In this document: positions 7,755 to 17,819 of the stretch, piece after piece
How the letters are laid out: every line of letters begins with the position of its first letter
Numbering within the stretch: the stretch's first letter is position 1
IMG/VR virus record: IMGVR_UViG_3300033145_003233
Span: 1 to 64,000 of that record
DNA length: 64,000 bases
Direction: 5' to 3' (one strand)
The notes under the pieces: generated by a model
Database searches by the model: none
Seen by the model: only the letters and a program-made list of their open reading frames with translations
Told to the model about the DNA's origin: nothing
Made by a program: the position numbers and the translations under genes

Positions 7755-7782
7755 ATTATATCATATTCTTTTCACTTTTCAA
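7755..7782 (-). promoter_or_regulatory. sigma70-like promoter TTGAAA-AGTGA...TGA-TATAAT
   Basis: Third copy of the AGTGA promoter class. Confidence 0.7.
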
Positions 7783-7997
7783 TATAATTCTCCCATCTTA
7801 ATTAACTCTTCTGCTCTCTTGTCTTTTATACTTGGCCCCATTCTATATAGACGCTCCCCCCACCTTTTCTTCCTCTTTGCCTCTCTCTTCTTCTCTTGCC
7901 TCTTATGATCTGCAAATATTTTAGAAACCCTTTTAGGATTGAATAAGGCAACAAAAGCTGTTAATATACAAGTAATAAATAATCTTATTCTCTTCAT
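7779..7997 (-). CDS. Small basic protein with N-terminal hydrophobic segment (likely start MKRIRLF, 72 aa)
   Basis: Start reassigned because the upstream extension overlaps the 8026 gene; GCCGATAT box at 8004-8011; ends KRAEELIKMGELY like the LAGLIDADG gene. Confidence 0.65.
   Translation of the reverse strand: MKRIRLFITCILTAFVALFNPKRVSKIFADHKRQEKKREAKRKKRWGERLYRMGPSIKDKRAEELIKMGELY
7783..7820. repeat. 38-bp direct repeat (copy 1); copy 2 at 9786-9823; partial copies at 9344-9372 and about 9020-9050
   Basis: TATAA(T/C)TCTCCCATCTTAATTAACTCTTCTGCTCTCTT, 1 mismatch between the full copies. Confidence 0.9.
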
Positions 7998-8025
7998 ATC
8001 TTTATATCGGCAAAAAAGAAAAAGA

Positions 8026-8652
8026 CTAAATAGTTGTTCCTTGAGGAACCTCATCAGGAAATGTGTGATTGTCAATGATTTGCTTATATTTGTTATAAAC
8101 ATTAAAAGCTCTTTCGCTGCTTTCACCTCCTATCCTTCTAGAATTATGATTCAACATAGCAATAGCTTTATCTCTAGTCGAACAATTTAACAACATCCCC
8201 TCAAAACCTCCCATATCTTCAATCCTTTGTTTCATCTTTATAGAATGTTCTTGAACTAATTCTGGATGGTCTATAAATTTCTTTCGAGCAGCTTCTGATC
8301 GCCCTCTCCATTGATCTAATAAATTTAATCTCTCTAAAGCTTTAAACACTGTTGTAAGATTAGTTCCATATTGTTTAGTTATCTGTTGAGCAGTCATGCC
8401 TTTTCCCCTAGGAGGTAAAAGATAAAGACTTGCAAGATATTCATCCTTTTTTCTCCTGTATTCTACAAGATCCCTCCATTGATACTTCTTGTTTAATCTT
8501 TCGATAGTATGACTATTTACTCCAAACATCTTCGCTATACTTAAAAAAGACTTGCCTTGATTTACTAATCTCTCCATTTCTGCCAATTCTTTACTACTCC
8601 ATCCTCTTGGAGCAGCAAATGCTATCTTTAATTGCTTTTTATACCAATTCAT
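8026..8652 (-). CDS. Double HTH protein with MNWYKK leader
   Basis: SFLSIAKMFGVNSHTIERL and MTAQQITKQYGTNLTTVFKAL HTH-like segments. Confidence 0.7.
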   Translation of the reverse strand: MNWYKKQLKIAFAAPRGWSSKELAEMERLVNQGKSFLSIAKMFGVNSHTIERLNKKYQWRDLVEYRRKKDEYLASLYLLPPRGKGMTAQQITKQYGTNLTTVFKALERLNLLDQWRGRSEAARKKFIDHPELVQEHSIKMKQRIEDMGGFEGMLLNCSTRDKAIAMLNHNSRRIGGESSERAFNVYNKYKQIIDNHTFPDEVPQGTTI

Positions 8653-9022
8653 AATTTTTTTTAATATAATTTAATATATAATACTGAGGAAAATTCGGAA
8701 ACATTCTCCAATATTTACTTATTAATTTCATATTCACTTCTTTCTCTTTGGATTTTATAAAATCTATAACATGATCTATCCTATGATCATTTTCGCTTCT
8801 ATCCTCTACCTCAGGATATAAAATTGATGCCTTCTCTTGATAACTCATCTCATCAGGAGGCCTACCAAAATCCTTAGCTTTATAGTCCATATAATCTTCT
8901 TTCACAAATGGAGGATCATCACTATGAAAATAATCATATAATTGCTGATGAGTTTCAGGCATGCGCCTTTTCTTCTCTACTGACCATTCTTGAGATTCGA
9001 TAATTCGATTATACCAATTCAT
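8639..9022 (-). CDS. Hypothetical protein with MNWY leader (start reassigned to 9022)
   Basis: MNWYNRIIESQ start matches the leader family. Confidence 0.7.
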   Translation of the reverse strand: MNWYNRIIESQEWSVEKKRRMPETHQQLYDYFHSDDPPFVKEDYMDYKAKDFGRPPDEMSYQEKASILYPEVEDRSENDHRIDHVIDFIKSKEKEVNMKLISKYWRMFPNFPQYYILNYIKKNYELV

Positions 9023-9064
9023 ACTAATATAATTCACCAATTTTTATCAAATTCCTGCAATGGT

Positions 9065-9346
9065 TTATTTTATGGGTATCAACCCATGCTTACTGATATG
9101 CTCTCTATTATCTTCTATGTATTTTTCTAACTCTTGATCAGTTTGATAGATGCCAGGATCATTTTGAAAGTCTGATTTATTCTCAGACATATATTTAAGA
9201 ACGAAAACATAACTACAAATTTCACATGACAAAACTCTTAAAAACTTCCTCTTTTGACATTCCTTATCATCTACTACTCCATCAAAATGCTTGATATGCT
9301 CATCTATACTTCTATCCATCTCTTCCCACATTTCTTCCAGACCCAT
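9065..9346 (-). CDS. Hypothetical protein
   Basis: Start sits directly after a junction repeat carrying a GGGAG SD. Confidence 0.7.
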   Translation of the reverse strand: MGLEEMWEEMDRSIDEHIKHFDGVVDDKECQKRKFLRVLSCEICSYVFVLKYMSENKSDFQNDPGIYQTDQELEKYIEDNREHISKHGLIPIK

Positions 9347-9368
9347 TAGTATAATTCTCCCATCTTAA

Positions 9369-9782
9369 TTAATCTAAAATGTTCTTAACTGCTATCACCT
9401 CATCTTTATATCGGTCTTCATATGTTCCAATCATATGTTCCATAAATTCATAAACTAATCCCATAAAACGATGGGTTTTTTCAAATTTATCTACAATGCT
9501 ATTGGATGGGAAGGCCTCTACCCAATCACAAGGATATGTTGTCTCGTCAGTTAACTTATATACTGTTATTGTATACATAGACTGCTGGAATTGTAAAAAA
9601 TCACTTTTAGTGATAAAAGGAAAAACCTTTATAGCTAAAAAAGCGTCAACCTCTTCTTCCTCAACCCCATCTGGATATTCTAATGAAGCAGCTATATCCA
9701 TCCCTCCTCTTCCAAAAATATATATTAATTCTATTTTTTTACCAACTAATCTTGAATAATATTTACCTATTTCTAATTTCAT
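9369..9782 (-). CDS. Hypothetical protein
   Basis: Start coupled (TAATG) to the homing endonuclease stop within the junction repeat. Confidence 0.7.
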   Translation of the reverse strand: MKLEIGKYYSRLVGKKIELIYIFGRGGMDIAASLEYPDGVEEEEVDAFLAIKVFPFITKSDFLQFQQSMYTITVYKLTDETTYPCDWVEAFPSNSIVDKFEKTHRFMGLVYEFMEHMIGTYEDRYKDEVIAVKNILD

Positions 9783-10549
9783 TAGTATAACTCTCCCATC
9801 TTAATTAACTCTTCTGCTCTCTTTATATGTATCGGTAAAAACCTAGGACGGCCACGATCACTTAATCGATAGGTCTTAATCTTGCCAATCTTTACAAGAT
9901 GACTGAGACGATTGTAAGAAACTCCTAACTCCTTGCTAACTTCTTTCATTCTCTTACTCTCAAATCTCCAACTAGGAAGATCGAATTTATAGTCGTAACA
10001 TTTGACTGGACTAGTTCTACCTATGTAGTTGAAAAAGGCAGGGATGCCACGAGCTTTGATAAAGACTCTGTTACAGTCATCTCTATGAGCTTTTATTCCC
10101 ACTTTTCTAATTTTCTCTGCTAAAAATTCAACCTCTTCCGGCAAAAAACCATCTGTTGCAAAACGGACCATTATTCTTTTGCCCTTATCGGGTTGAGTAA
10201 CTGACCCATCCCCTAAATACCACATCATAACTGAAGTAGGCGTAATTTCCACATCCTTAGGAACAGATTTATATCTTTTACCATCTTTATATCTATACCA
10301 TCTCAAACACTGCTTAAAGAAATAAGAATGATACATCGTTCTTCCTGCAAAAACATATCCTTGCTTCATATTCGCAGAATTATATTTTGATACAGAAGCA
10401 TTATAATCCTTGAAAGGACTCATCAGATACTCACAGAACTCCTTATACTGCAAACTACAAGTAGCTCTAGCTACATCTCTTTTTAATCTTTTATCAACAG
10501 ATAAACAGCCATCTCCTAATAAAAAACCATCTATATATTCATTACTCAT
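9782..10549 (-). mobile_element. Free-standing LAGLIDADG homing endonuclease with C-terminal HTH
   Basis: Two motifs YIDGFLLGDG and MWYLGDGS, plus FATDGF; directly downstream of the capsid gene terminator. Confidence 0.85.
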
Positions 10550-10585
10550 AAATCACCCCTAAATATCATTTTAACTAATGGGTAT

Positions 10586-10616
10586 AAAAAGAGTGGGCTA
10601 TAAAAACCCACTCTTT
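10586..10616 (-). terminator. Intrinsic terminator after the major capsid gene
   Basis: AAAGAGTGGG/CCCACTCTTT 10-bp stem plus T-run. Confidence 0.8.
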
Positions 10617-10647
10617 AAATTTTAACTAAATGCTCTTAATTCAAAGA

Positions 10648-11520
10648 TTAAGATGCATTGGCATCCGTCATATTAATCCTGCTGATAGCATAGTTATTTA
10701 CCACTACGATACCAACTTCCTCGTATATGACCCAGCCGAGCCTTAATTTCTTTGGATCGTCAGCAGGCAGAACTGTGATGTCCTGTCTGATTGGAAAAGC
10801 CCCTACTGTTTCAGGGCTAGCAACGATAAGAACTGTCGTGCTGCTCATTCTTGAAGATACGTGAATATCGGCTGTCCACAAGTGACCATATAGGCCAGTT
10901 GTTATAATTTCACGCTGAGTTGCTTCATCAAAGAAGTCCTTACCAAATGTACGAATGCTAGCATATTGGAAAGCATGCGTAACTATTTTAGCGGCAACAA
11001 GGTCATGCTGCTCTATCTGCTTAAAAGCCTCATTCAAAGCTGCAACAGTCAGAGTTCCATAGTTTGTAATGGTCTGAGCTGCTGTGCAGGCAGTCAATAA
11101 AGCGTTAAAGATATTGCTATCCTCTTCTTTTTGTATAGCTTCTTTAGCTTTAATCTGGGCACGGTCTACAATGTAGAACCTTCTTGCCTTGATCTCACTA
11201 AGTCTTACTGTTGGGTTAGCGGCGATCTCGAATGTAGGTACGAGAACCTCTTCACCCTCTTGAATCTGATCAGGTACAGCACCTCTACGAGATACTACCC
11301 ATGCTATTGCAGCAACGTCTCTCTCATAACGAGCAAGAGCGCCCTGTGGTAGTTCATCAACCATGAGAAGTTTTCTTCCAACTGCTTGATATTCCAACGC
11401 CCTACGAATAGGTTCTACCATTGCTTGAGCAAGGGCAGTTCTGCCTTCATCTGTTTCCAGAGCCTGAGCAATGACCATCTCTTTCTCTGAATCTGTTAAA
11501 CCATTTTTATCAAAAGCCAT
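10648..11520 (-). CDS. Major capsid protein (HK97 fold, compact ~290 aa)
   Basis: ALAQAMVEPIRRALEYQAVGRKLLMVDELPQG and GWVIYEEVG motifs recalled from phage G-like capsid proteins; strong SD; last gene of protease-decoration-MCP order; own terminator. Confidence 0.85.
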   Translation of the reverse strand: MAFDKNGLTDSEKEMVIAQALETDEGRTALAQAMVEPIRRALEYQAVGRKLLMVDELPQGALARYERDVAAIAWVVSRRGAVPDQIQEGEEVLVPTFEIAANPTVRLSEIKARRFYIVDRAQIKAKEAIQKEEDSNIFNALLTACTAAQTITNYGTLTVAALNEAFKQIEQHDLVAAKIVTHAFQYASIRTFGKDFFDEATQREIITTGLYGHLWTADIHVSSRMSSTTVLIVASPETVGAFPIRQDITVLPADDPKKLRLGWVIYEEVGIVVVNNYAISRINMTDANAS

Positions 11521-11602
11521 TTTATCTCTCCTTTATCTATTCTTAGGTATTATTCAAAGACAATCCTAAGATATAGCATAATATTAACACTATTTCTTTT
11601 TT

Positions 11603-12166
11603 TTATAATCTTAGAATCACTGGGATATAATCACCCAATGTCATACTTCCAGCTTCCACATCTGTGCCAGGAACACCACTATCATAGGCTGTCACTGGGC
11701 CAACTGCTATTGCACAAATATCATCACTATCTACTGTTGTACTTACTCCATCATCCCACTCGCCATTTGTTGAGTCGCTAATACCTAGAGTAGTTCCAGG
11801 GATGATTCCAGCAGGGGCATCAAATAAATCTGTGGTGATCCAGAATTTACCACCACCGTTATAAACAGTGATTTTCTGAGAAGCTACTGTCTCGTTATAA
11901 AAATCAGAAACTCTATTCTCTGTATAACGAGTTCCAGCACCATCAGCACCTATTACTACCTGAGCAGAATAAGCTGTTGTTTGTCCTTCTTGTGCCAAAG
12001 CTGAATCACCTGCAATACCTATTGCAGTAACTTTAGGGCTTGCTGTACCAGTTGGAGCCGCTACTGCCTGACCTGCTGCATTAAGAGTAACGATCATACC
12101 AGCTGTGATATTTCCACTTAGCGGATACATATCCGCGATTACATGATATTCAACTATAAGAGCCAT
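11603..12166 (-). CDS. Probable capsid decoration (cement) protein
   Basis: 187-aa Gly/Ala/Thr-rich beta protein immediately upstream of MCP; G(M/I)(I/A)V...IGIAGD pattern. Confidence 0.65.
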   Translation of the reverse strand: MALIVEYHVIADMYPLSGNITAGMIVTLNAAGQAVAAPTGTASPKVTAIGIAGDSALAQEGQTTAYSAQVVIGADGAGTRYTENRVSDFYNETVASQKITVYNGGGKFWITTDLFDAPAGIIPGTTLGISDSTNGEWDDGVSTTVDSDDICAIAVGPVTAYDSGVPGTDVEAGSMTLGDYIPVILRL

Positions 12167-12199
12167 AATATCACTCCTTTACTTTACAAAATTATTATT

Positions 12200-15100
12200 T
12201 TACTTTCCGTAAGTTTTTCTCAATTGAGTTAAGGTATTATCATCAGCTTCCTGATTCTGTTTCCCTAAGGTGAACATAGATGACAACTTACTACTTAACT
12301 CATCCTGATTATTTCTTACGCTACTTGCCTCATTTATTTGAACGGATTGAGACAATTTTCCGTCTGAAACAGTGTTGAGTCCTTTTTCGCCTGCAAAAAT
12401 GGCTTTCTCAAAATCTTTAATTTGTTCAGCCTTATAGGATTTTAATTCATCTATTTTCATTTGTAATTCTGAAGCTTCAATTCTTTTAGTTTGAAGCATT
12501 CTTCCTGCTACCCTATAAGCCTCGGACTCCGAATCGCTTTTAGCGATTACCGTACCTTTATCTTTTGTAGTTTTTTCACTATCTAACTCTTCCTTACCCT
12601 GTTGGGCATTACCCGTAAACACTTCAGGGTGATCTTTAGGAGAGTCAGGTTTTGAACCTATTGTTTCACTTTCATGCCCCATCATTCCACTATCGCTTTT
12701 AATATCGGATTCATTAATTTCTTCTGCTTTAAATTTTTCTTCTTTTCCGATTGTGCTATCACCTGAAAACGGTTGGATATCTTTATCTTTAGCGACTGGT
12801 TCTTTTGGAGCTAATTTCTTTGCAATTCTTTCTGCCAAACTTGAAATTCCGTCTTTTGAGGAACCGAATCCTCTCATATGGTAAAGGTCTTTATCAACAG
12901 AAGCTAATTCTGTTTTGCCTTGACCTTGATCTCCACCAGTAAATCTTGAATCACCACCACTTAATCCTACTTCCTTCTCATGACCCATCGTACCATCGTC
13001 TGATGGGATAACTGGTAGAGGCTTATCCTGTGGATTTAAGTCAGAAGGCTCTTGACCCATTGTTGCATTATCTCTTGGTACGCTTGGTTTTCCTGCTGAA
13101 GGAATAGTCTCGCCCTCATGACCCATCTTGCCGCCTTCAGGTCCTTCTGTATATTGGCCTATATCTTTTGAGTCTTGGGCTGTTTCCTGAGAGATTTCTT
13201 TCTCTCCAGCTTGCTTATTTAAAACATTAATAACACTAGATAAATCCATCATAGGTTTACCCACTTTTCCAATTGAATTATTAGCAACTAAATCTTCTTT
13301 AGGATCTTTTTCTGCCCCTGCCGTAACAGGTCTTCCATCAACTTTAATCTCTACATTCGATGTTTGTTGTGGAATTCCTTTATTATTTTGCATATCATTT
13401 TGCATATCATTTTCAAATGGGGCTACTCCTGGAGTTGCGGGTTTCATATTTCCGCCGCCCATTGGTTGATCTTGAAGATTCATTGAACCAGGATCGACTG
13501 CTTTCATTTCTCCTCCACCCATAGGATCAGCAGGTTTCATTTCTCCCCCGCCCATTCCAGGCATAGATGGCTTAGTCTCATCTAATTCTCCTGGAGCTAT
13601 TGACTCATCAATACCTTCTGCCATTGGATCTCCCATTGGATCTCCCATTGGATCTCCTTCGATACCTTCTGCCATTGGATCTCCCTCAATACCCTCTTCT
13701 CCTATACCTCCACCTTCAGCTACTTCTATAGCCTGTCCAAGTTGTTCTACTATTTCTGATGGAAGTTCCAGAGTCACTGTCCCTCCTATATCTCCACCAC
13801 CTTCTTCTGCAAACGGATCAATTTCGTCGCCCATTCCTTCTTCTTCTACAGGAGCATCACTAACAATATCTTCTCCTGCCATCTCATCTGCTAAGAAATC
13901 TTCTCCATCAGCAACAGCTATTTTCAAAGAAGCACAAATTTCTGCTGACTGTCTTAACCCATGACCTGAACGAACCTGATGAGTGATACAATCTTCATCC
14001 CCATCAGTATCAGACCAACTATCTGCTAACTTTACAGATATATTAGATGTATAAATATCTGCCTTCTTTAATCTATTACATACAGACTCAGCAAGTGGCT
14101 TGCCTTCATCTGGACCACTTAAACAAAGGGCATTCTGACCAAATCTTCGTGAAAGTTTTTCTATACAAGATTCTATTGGGAAGCTATCTCCATAACCACC
14201 ATATGCTAATTTATAATCATCAATAACAGAACCTTCTTTACTTGCAGTCTTAATTGATTTTAATTTTCCTGCCTGTTTTAATTTAAGAATAGTATCTACT
14301 TGATCTTTAAGCTCTAACTTATCAAAATCACCTATCTTCATATCCATACTTGAAAGAGCCTTAACAAATCTTTGCTTTGCCCTATTACATGATGGGCAAA
14401 TGGCATTAGCTACCTTTGGTTCCCATTCCCACTGCCCATACACTTGCTTACCATCTTTTGAAACCATATAAGATACTTTATATTTCGTTCCTGTATCTAA
14501 ACAGATATAAGAACCTTCCCCCACCTTAACTGTATTAGGTTTTCCTGTTGCGGGGCTAATCGAACCTATTTTTATATCATTAGAAGAGGCTTTCTTTACC
14601 ACTTCTGGAGTTAATTTCATAACTGTAGCGAATTTAGGAATTCTCCAATTATTTACAGAAGCGGCTGATGGAATTTCTCCCATTTCGGCCTCTTGTCCCA
14701 TTCCCATTTCAGGTTCTGTTGGCATCTCAAAACCTTCTCCTTCAAAACCTTCCTCTGCTGCTCCTAATTCTTCTTCTTCGCTTGGGGTTGTCCCCTGCCA
14801 TTTTGTGACATTGACTTCTACTTTATATGTCATTTCCGAAGAACAATTATTACATTTTCCTTTTCCACCTATAATATCAACATCATCACTTCCACAAGCA
14901 GGGCAAATAGACCCAGGAGGAAGTGGCTCAAGAGTATCTTCTAATCCGCCTTCTTCTCCGAATCCACCTTCTTCGCTAAGATTTTCCATTGGAGGTGTTT
15001 CCATAGCCGGTGCTTGTGGCATACTAGCTCCAGCTCCTGGGCCTTGACCCATTCCACCTTGACCACCCATTTCTCCGCCCATCATTTGAGCTTTCTTTTG

Positions 15101-17806
15101 GATTTCTGTTTTAGCAGCAGATACTTTAATATCTTTTTCACTAGACTGACAAGCTTCCATTCCTCCGCCGCCTGCTGGTGCTCCGCCGCCATATCCCATA
15201 TCCTTAGTTTCCTCTTCTCCGTTTAAGTCGGCATCAATATCTTCTACAGGGCCTTCGATAACATCTCCAATATCATCCGGGCATATCTCTTCCTCTGCCC
15301 CAGCACCATCTTGAATATCAATAATAAGACCACCATCTCCAGAAACTTCCACCTTAATAACAGCGGCTGCTACCGATTCATCGTCAATCATTTCTTGTGC
15401 AAACTTTTTAACTCCAGCAACAAAAGCTTCCTTGTCAGTAATAGGAACTCCTATATCTTCCATGGTAGCTTTAATTTGGTATCTTCCATCTTCAGGCTTA
15501 TCAAGAGCTTTAATAGCAGAATTAAGAGCATCTGCTTTAGTAATAAAATCTCCCTGTACCAAACTATTTAACTTACTTTTTGCTAAAGCATCAACTTTAT
15601 CCATAGTAGTTATATCATTAACTATATGGTTAATAGTATCAAAGAGATCTTCTGCCTTCATACCTGTTTGAGCATTATCTGCCGTTGAAAGAACCAAAGC
15701 ATCTACAGTAGATACACTATTTTGAGAAGCAGTTTTATTAAAATAAGCTGCATTAGCAGCTATCATATTTCTATTCTCTTTCTTTTGAGGTAGAGAATTA
15801 ATAATAGAAAGAAAAGCAACCTTCGTTTTCATGCTGGCATTATCACTAATAAGAGAAGAAATCTTCTTAACTTCTTCTGGAGACTTGCGATATTTAGCAA
15901 TAACATCGGCCACTATGTTTGTAGCAGTCTTAACAAGAGACAAAGAGTAATCCTTATTTGCCCATCGTTTCAAGCCATCTGTCATAGAAATATTTCTTAG
16001 CTGATCTTCTGTAATGGTTTCTAAATTACCTATAAACTTATGCTTAGTAAGAAGTTCTCTAATTTGAGCTTGTGTAATATATTCGGTATAATCTTCTGCT
16101 AAATCTCCAGCTATATCTCTGCTAAAATCATCCCATTGTTTTTCAGTAATAACATCAGGATACTCATTAAAGTGAATAACAGCATCGCCTAATGCACTTT
16201 CGGTTTTCAACTGATCTTCTGTAATGGTTTCGTATGTACCTTTGCGAACCTGTGGGCTTTCGCTAGTCGTATCATTAGATCTTTCCGACCCACCAACCTG
16301 TTCTTTGCTTTCGGTAATACCTTCATACACTTCTCCCGTCCTAGGATGAAGCTGTTCTTCTTCTTTCATAAGTTGTTTCTCTGTTATTACTTCCAGATTA
16401 TCAGCACCGGCTGCTGTTTTTATATTCTTATCATTAGTAGCCATTTTTGCTCCTATATCTAATTGATTATTAATATTTTTATTTAACCTATTATTTAAAT
16501 CACACATACTCTGAACTAGAGAATTGATCTTATTACTTAACTTTTCATTTATTTCGGAAAAATCCTCTTTATTTTTTGAAGATTTTTTAGGCATAGTCAG
16601 ACTTCCAAGCCCTCCCAGGTCAGAAGTTTGAGCACCAGGAGCTTCTCCTCCTCCACCTTGTGGTGGCATTTGTTGTGGCATTACTGGGTCAGGGAATTGT
16701 TCTGTAGGAATAGGAGATTCACTATCGGCTGTTATTTCGGGAGAAGGTAATGCCCCATAACCCATTTCAACTAGTTCATCAAAGATACCTTGGACATCAG
16801 CCATAGCTTTTACTAAATCGCTAACATATTCCATAGAAACATTTTCTTTTTGCTGTAGCATACTTTTTACAACATTTTCCATTTCATTCATGCTACTTTT
16901 AAGGGAATCTAACTCTTTTACTCCTCCCAACTTAGCAAGAATTTTACTATCATCAGTATCAAGATATGACTCTTTAAGAAGCCTATTAACATTTTTTGAA
17001 AGCGATGCTACTTTCTTCTCAAGATTTGGAACATTAAGAACACACCTAACCCCACAAATATCACAAGCAGGATTAACTACAAAACTATTTTCTATAAATT
17101 TTAAACCATAATTGTGCTCAAAAATCGCTTGTTCTGCATGTTTAAGCATTTCAGGATTATCTGAGGAGCTTCCGCACAAGGGGCATTTTTCTTCTTTATC
17201 TGTAGGGCTATTATGATAAGCGCATCTTATATCTCCACTATACTTTCTATTTTTCCTATTAGAGACATGAGAGCAATAGTCCTCTGCTGTATTAGCTTTA
17301 TTATGACAAACAGAACAAAGACTTGATTCTACTGAGCATCCCATTGATGTCCCTGTAATATATCCTTCTTCAAGACCTCTTGCCAAACGTGGATAGGCAA
17401 CTTTATCTACCCTACCAATAATATAAATTCCACCTTCTTTTTTATCGTACCACGAATGAACACATTCTCCCCTTGCTTTTTCTACATCATCATTTTGATG
17501 ATTAGTAAACAAGGGAACTCCCACAAATGACTCTGTAGCAGTTTTAAGTTCTTTCTCGCTAAAAGAATCTCCATTATCATTTGGTTCATCTTTTTTAATA
17601 GCAAAGATTTTTATATATAAATGATCTGGATGTTCTTTAGTAGCTTCTTTAAGATCAAATCCACCCAAATCTTCACCCTCTATATCAACAGAAGCTGTTT
17701 TTATTTGATTGGGCAAATTATAAATATCCCATCCTTCTCCTTCTGGCCTGTTTAATGCCTTAATAGGACATTTATAAGAAAAAGTTGCTCTTTTATACAT
17801 TGCCAT
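12200..17806 (-). CDS. Prohead maturation protease fused to a very large scaffold/core region (1868 aa)
   Basis: N-terminal PNDNGDSF, LFTNHQ and GTSMG (His/Ser pair of HK97/assemblin-type proteases); several CxxC ribbons; acidic Gly/Met-rich linkers; ITExQ repeats. Confidence 0.8.
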   Translation of the reverse strand: MAMYKRATFSYKCPIKALNRPEGEGWDIYNLPNQIKTASVDIEGEDLGGFDLKEATKEHPDHLYIKIFAIKKDEPNDNGDSFSEKELKTATESFVGVPLFTNHQNDDVEKARGECVHSWYDKKEGGIYIIGRVDKVAYPRLARGLEEGYITGTSMGCSVESSLCSVCHNKANTAEDYCSHVSNRKNRKYSGDIRCAYHNSPTDKEEKCPLCGSSSDNPEMLKHAEQAIFEHNYGLKFIENSFVVNPACDICGVRCVLNVPNLEKKVASLSKNVNRLLKESYLDTDDSKILAKLGGVKELDSLKSSMNEMENVVKSMLQQKENVSMEYVSDLVKAMADVQGIFDELVEMGYGALPSPEITADSESPIPTEQFPDPVMPQQMPPQGGGGEAPGAQTSDLGGLGSLTMPKKSSKNKEDFSEINEKLSNKINSLVQSMCDLNNRLNKNINNQLDIGAKMATNDKNIKTAAGADNLEVITEKQLMKEEEQLHPRTGEVYEGITESKEQVGGSERSNDTTSESPQVRKGTYETITEDQLKTESALGDAVIHFNEYPDVITEKQWDDFSRDIAGDLAEDYTEYITQAQIRELLTKHKFIGNLETITEDQLRNISMTDGLKRWANKDYSLSLVKTATNIVADVIAKYRKSPEEVKKISSLISDNASMKTKVAFLSIINSLPQKKENRNMIAANAAYFNKTASQNSVSTVDALVLSTADNAQTGMKAEDLFDTINHIVNDITTMDKVDALAKSKLNSLVQGDFITKADALNSAIKALDKPEDGRYQIKATMEDIGVPITDKEAFVAGVKKFAQEMIDDESVAAAVIKVEVSGDGGLIIDIQDGAGAEEEICPDDIGDVIEGPVEDIDADLNGEEETKDMGYGGGAPAGGGGMEACQSSEKDIKVSAAKTEIQKKAQMMGGEMGGQGGMGQGPGAGASMPQAPAMETPPMENLSEEGGFGEEGGLEDTLEPLPPGSICPACGSDDVDIIGGKGKCNNCSSEMTYKVEVNVTKWQGTTPSEEEELGAAEEGFEGEGFEMPTEPEMGMGQEAEMGEIPSAASVNNWRIPKFATVMKLTPEVVKKASSNDIKIGSISPATGKPNTVKVGEGSYICLDTGTKYKVSYMVSKDGKQVYGQWEWEPKVANAICPSCNRAKQRFVKALSSMDMKIGDFDKLELKDQVDTILKLKQAGKLKSIKTASKEGSVIDDYKLAYGGYGDSFPIESCIEKLSRRFGQNALCLSGPDEGKPLAESVCNRLKKADIYTSNISVKLADSWSDTDGDEDCITHQVRSGHGLRQSAEICASLKIAVADGEDFLADEMAGEDIVSDAPVEEEGMGDEIDPFAEEGGGDIGGTVTLELPSEIVEQLGQAIEVAEGGGIGEEGIEGDPMAEGIEGDPMGDPMGDPMAEGIDESIAPGELDETKPSMPGMGGGEMKPADPMGGGEMKAVDPGSMNLQDQPMGGGNMKPATPGVAPFENDMQNDMQNNKGIPQQTSNVEIKVDGRPVTAGAEKDPKEDLVANNSIGKVGKPMMDLSSVINVLNKQAGEKEISQETAQDSKDIGQYTEGPEGGKMGHEGETIPSAGKPSVPRDNATMGQEPSDLNPQDKPLPVIPSDDGTMGHEKEVGLSGGDSRFTGGDQGQGKTELASVDKDLYHMRGFGSSKDGISSLAERIAKKLAPKEPVAKDKDIQPFSGDSTIGKEEKFKAEEINESDIKSDSGMMGHESETIGSKPDSPKDHPEVFTGNAQQGKEELDSEKTTKDKGTVIAKSDSESEAYRVAGRMLQTKRIEASELQMKIDELKSYKAEQIKDFEKAIFAGEKGLNTVSDGKLSQSVQINEASSVRNNQDELSSKLSSMFTLGKQNQEADDNTLTQLRKTYGK

Positions 17807-17819
17807 AATTATTATTCCC

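Noticed and set aside
7998-8126. N-terminal extension of ORF 7779-8126
   Set aside because: Overlaps the HTH gene; a promoter-like box sits right before the internal MKRIRLF start
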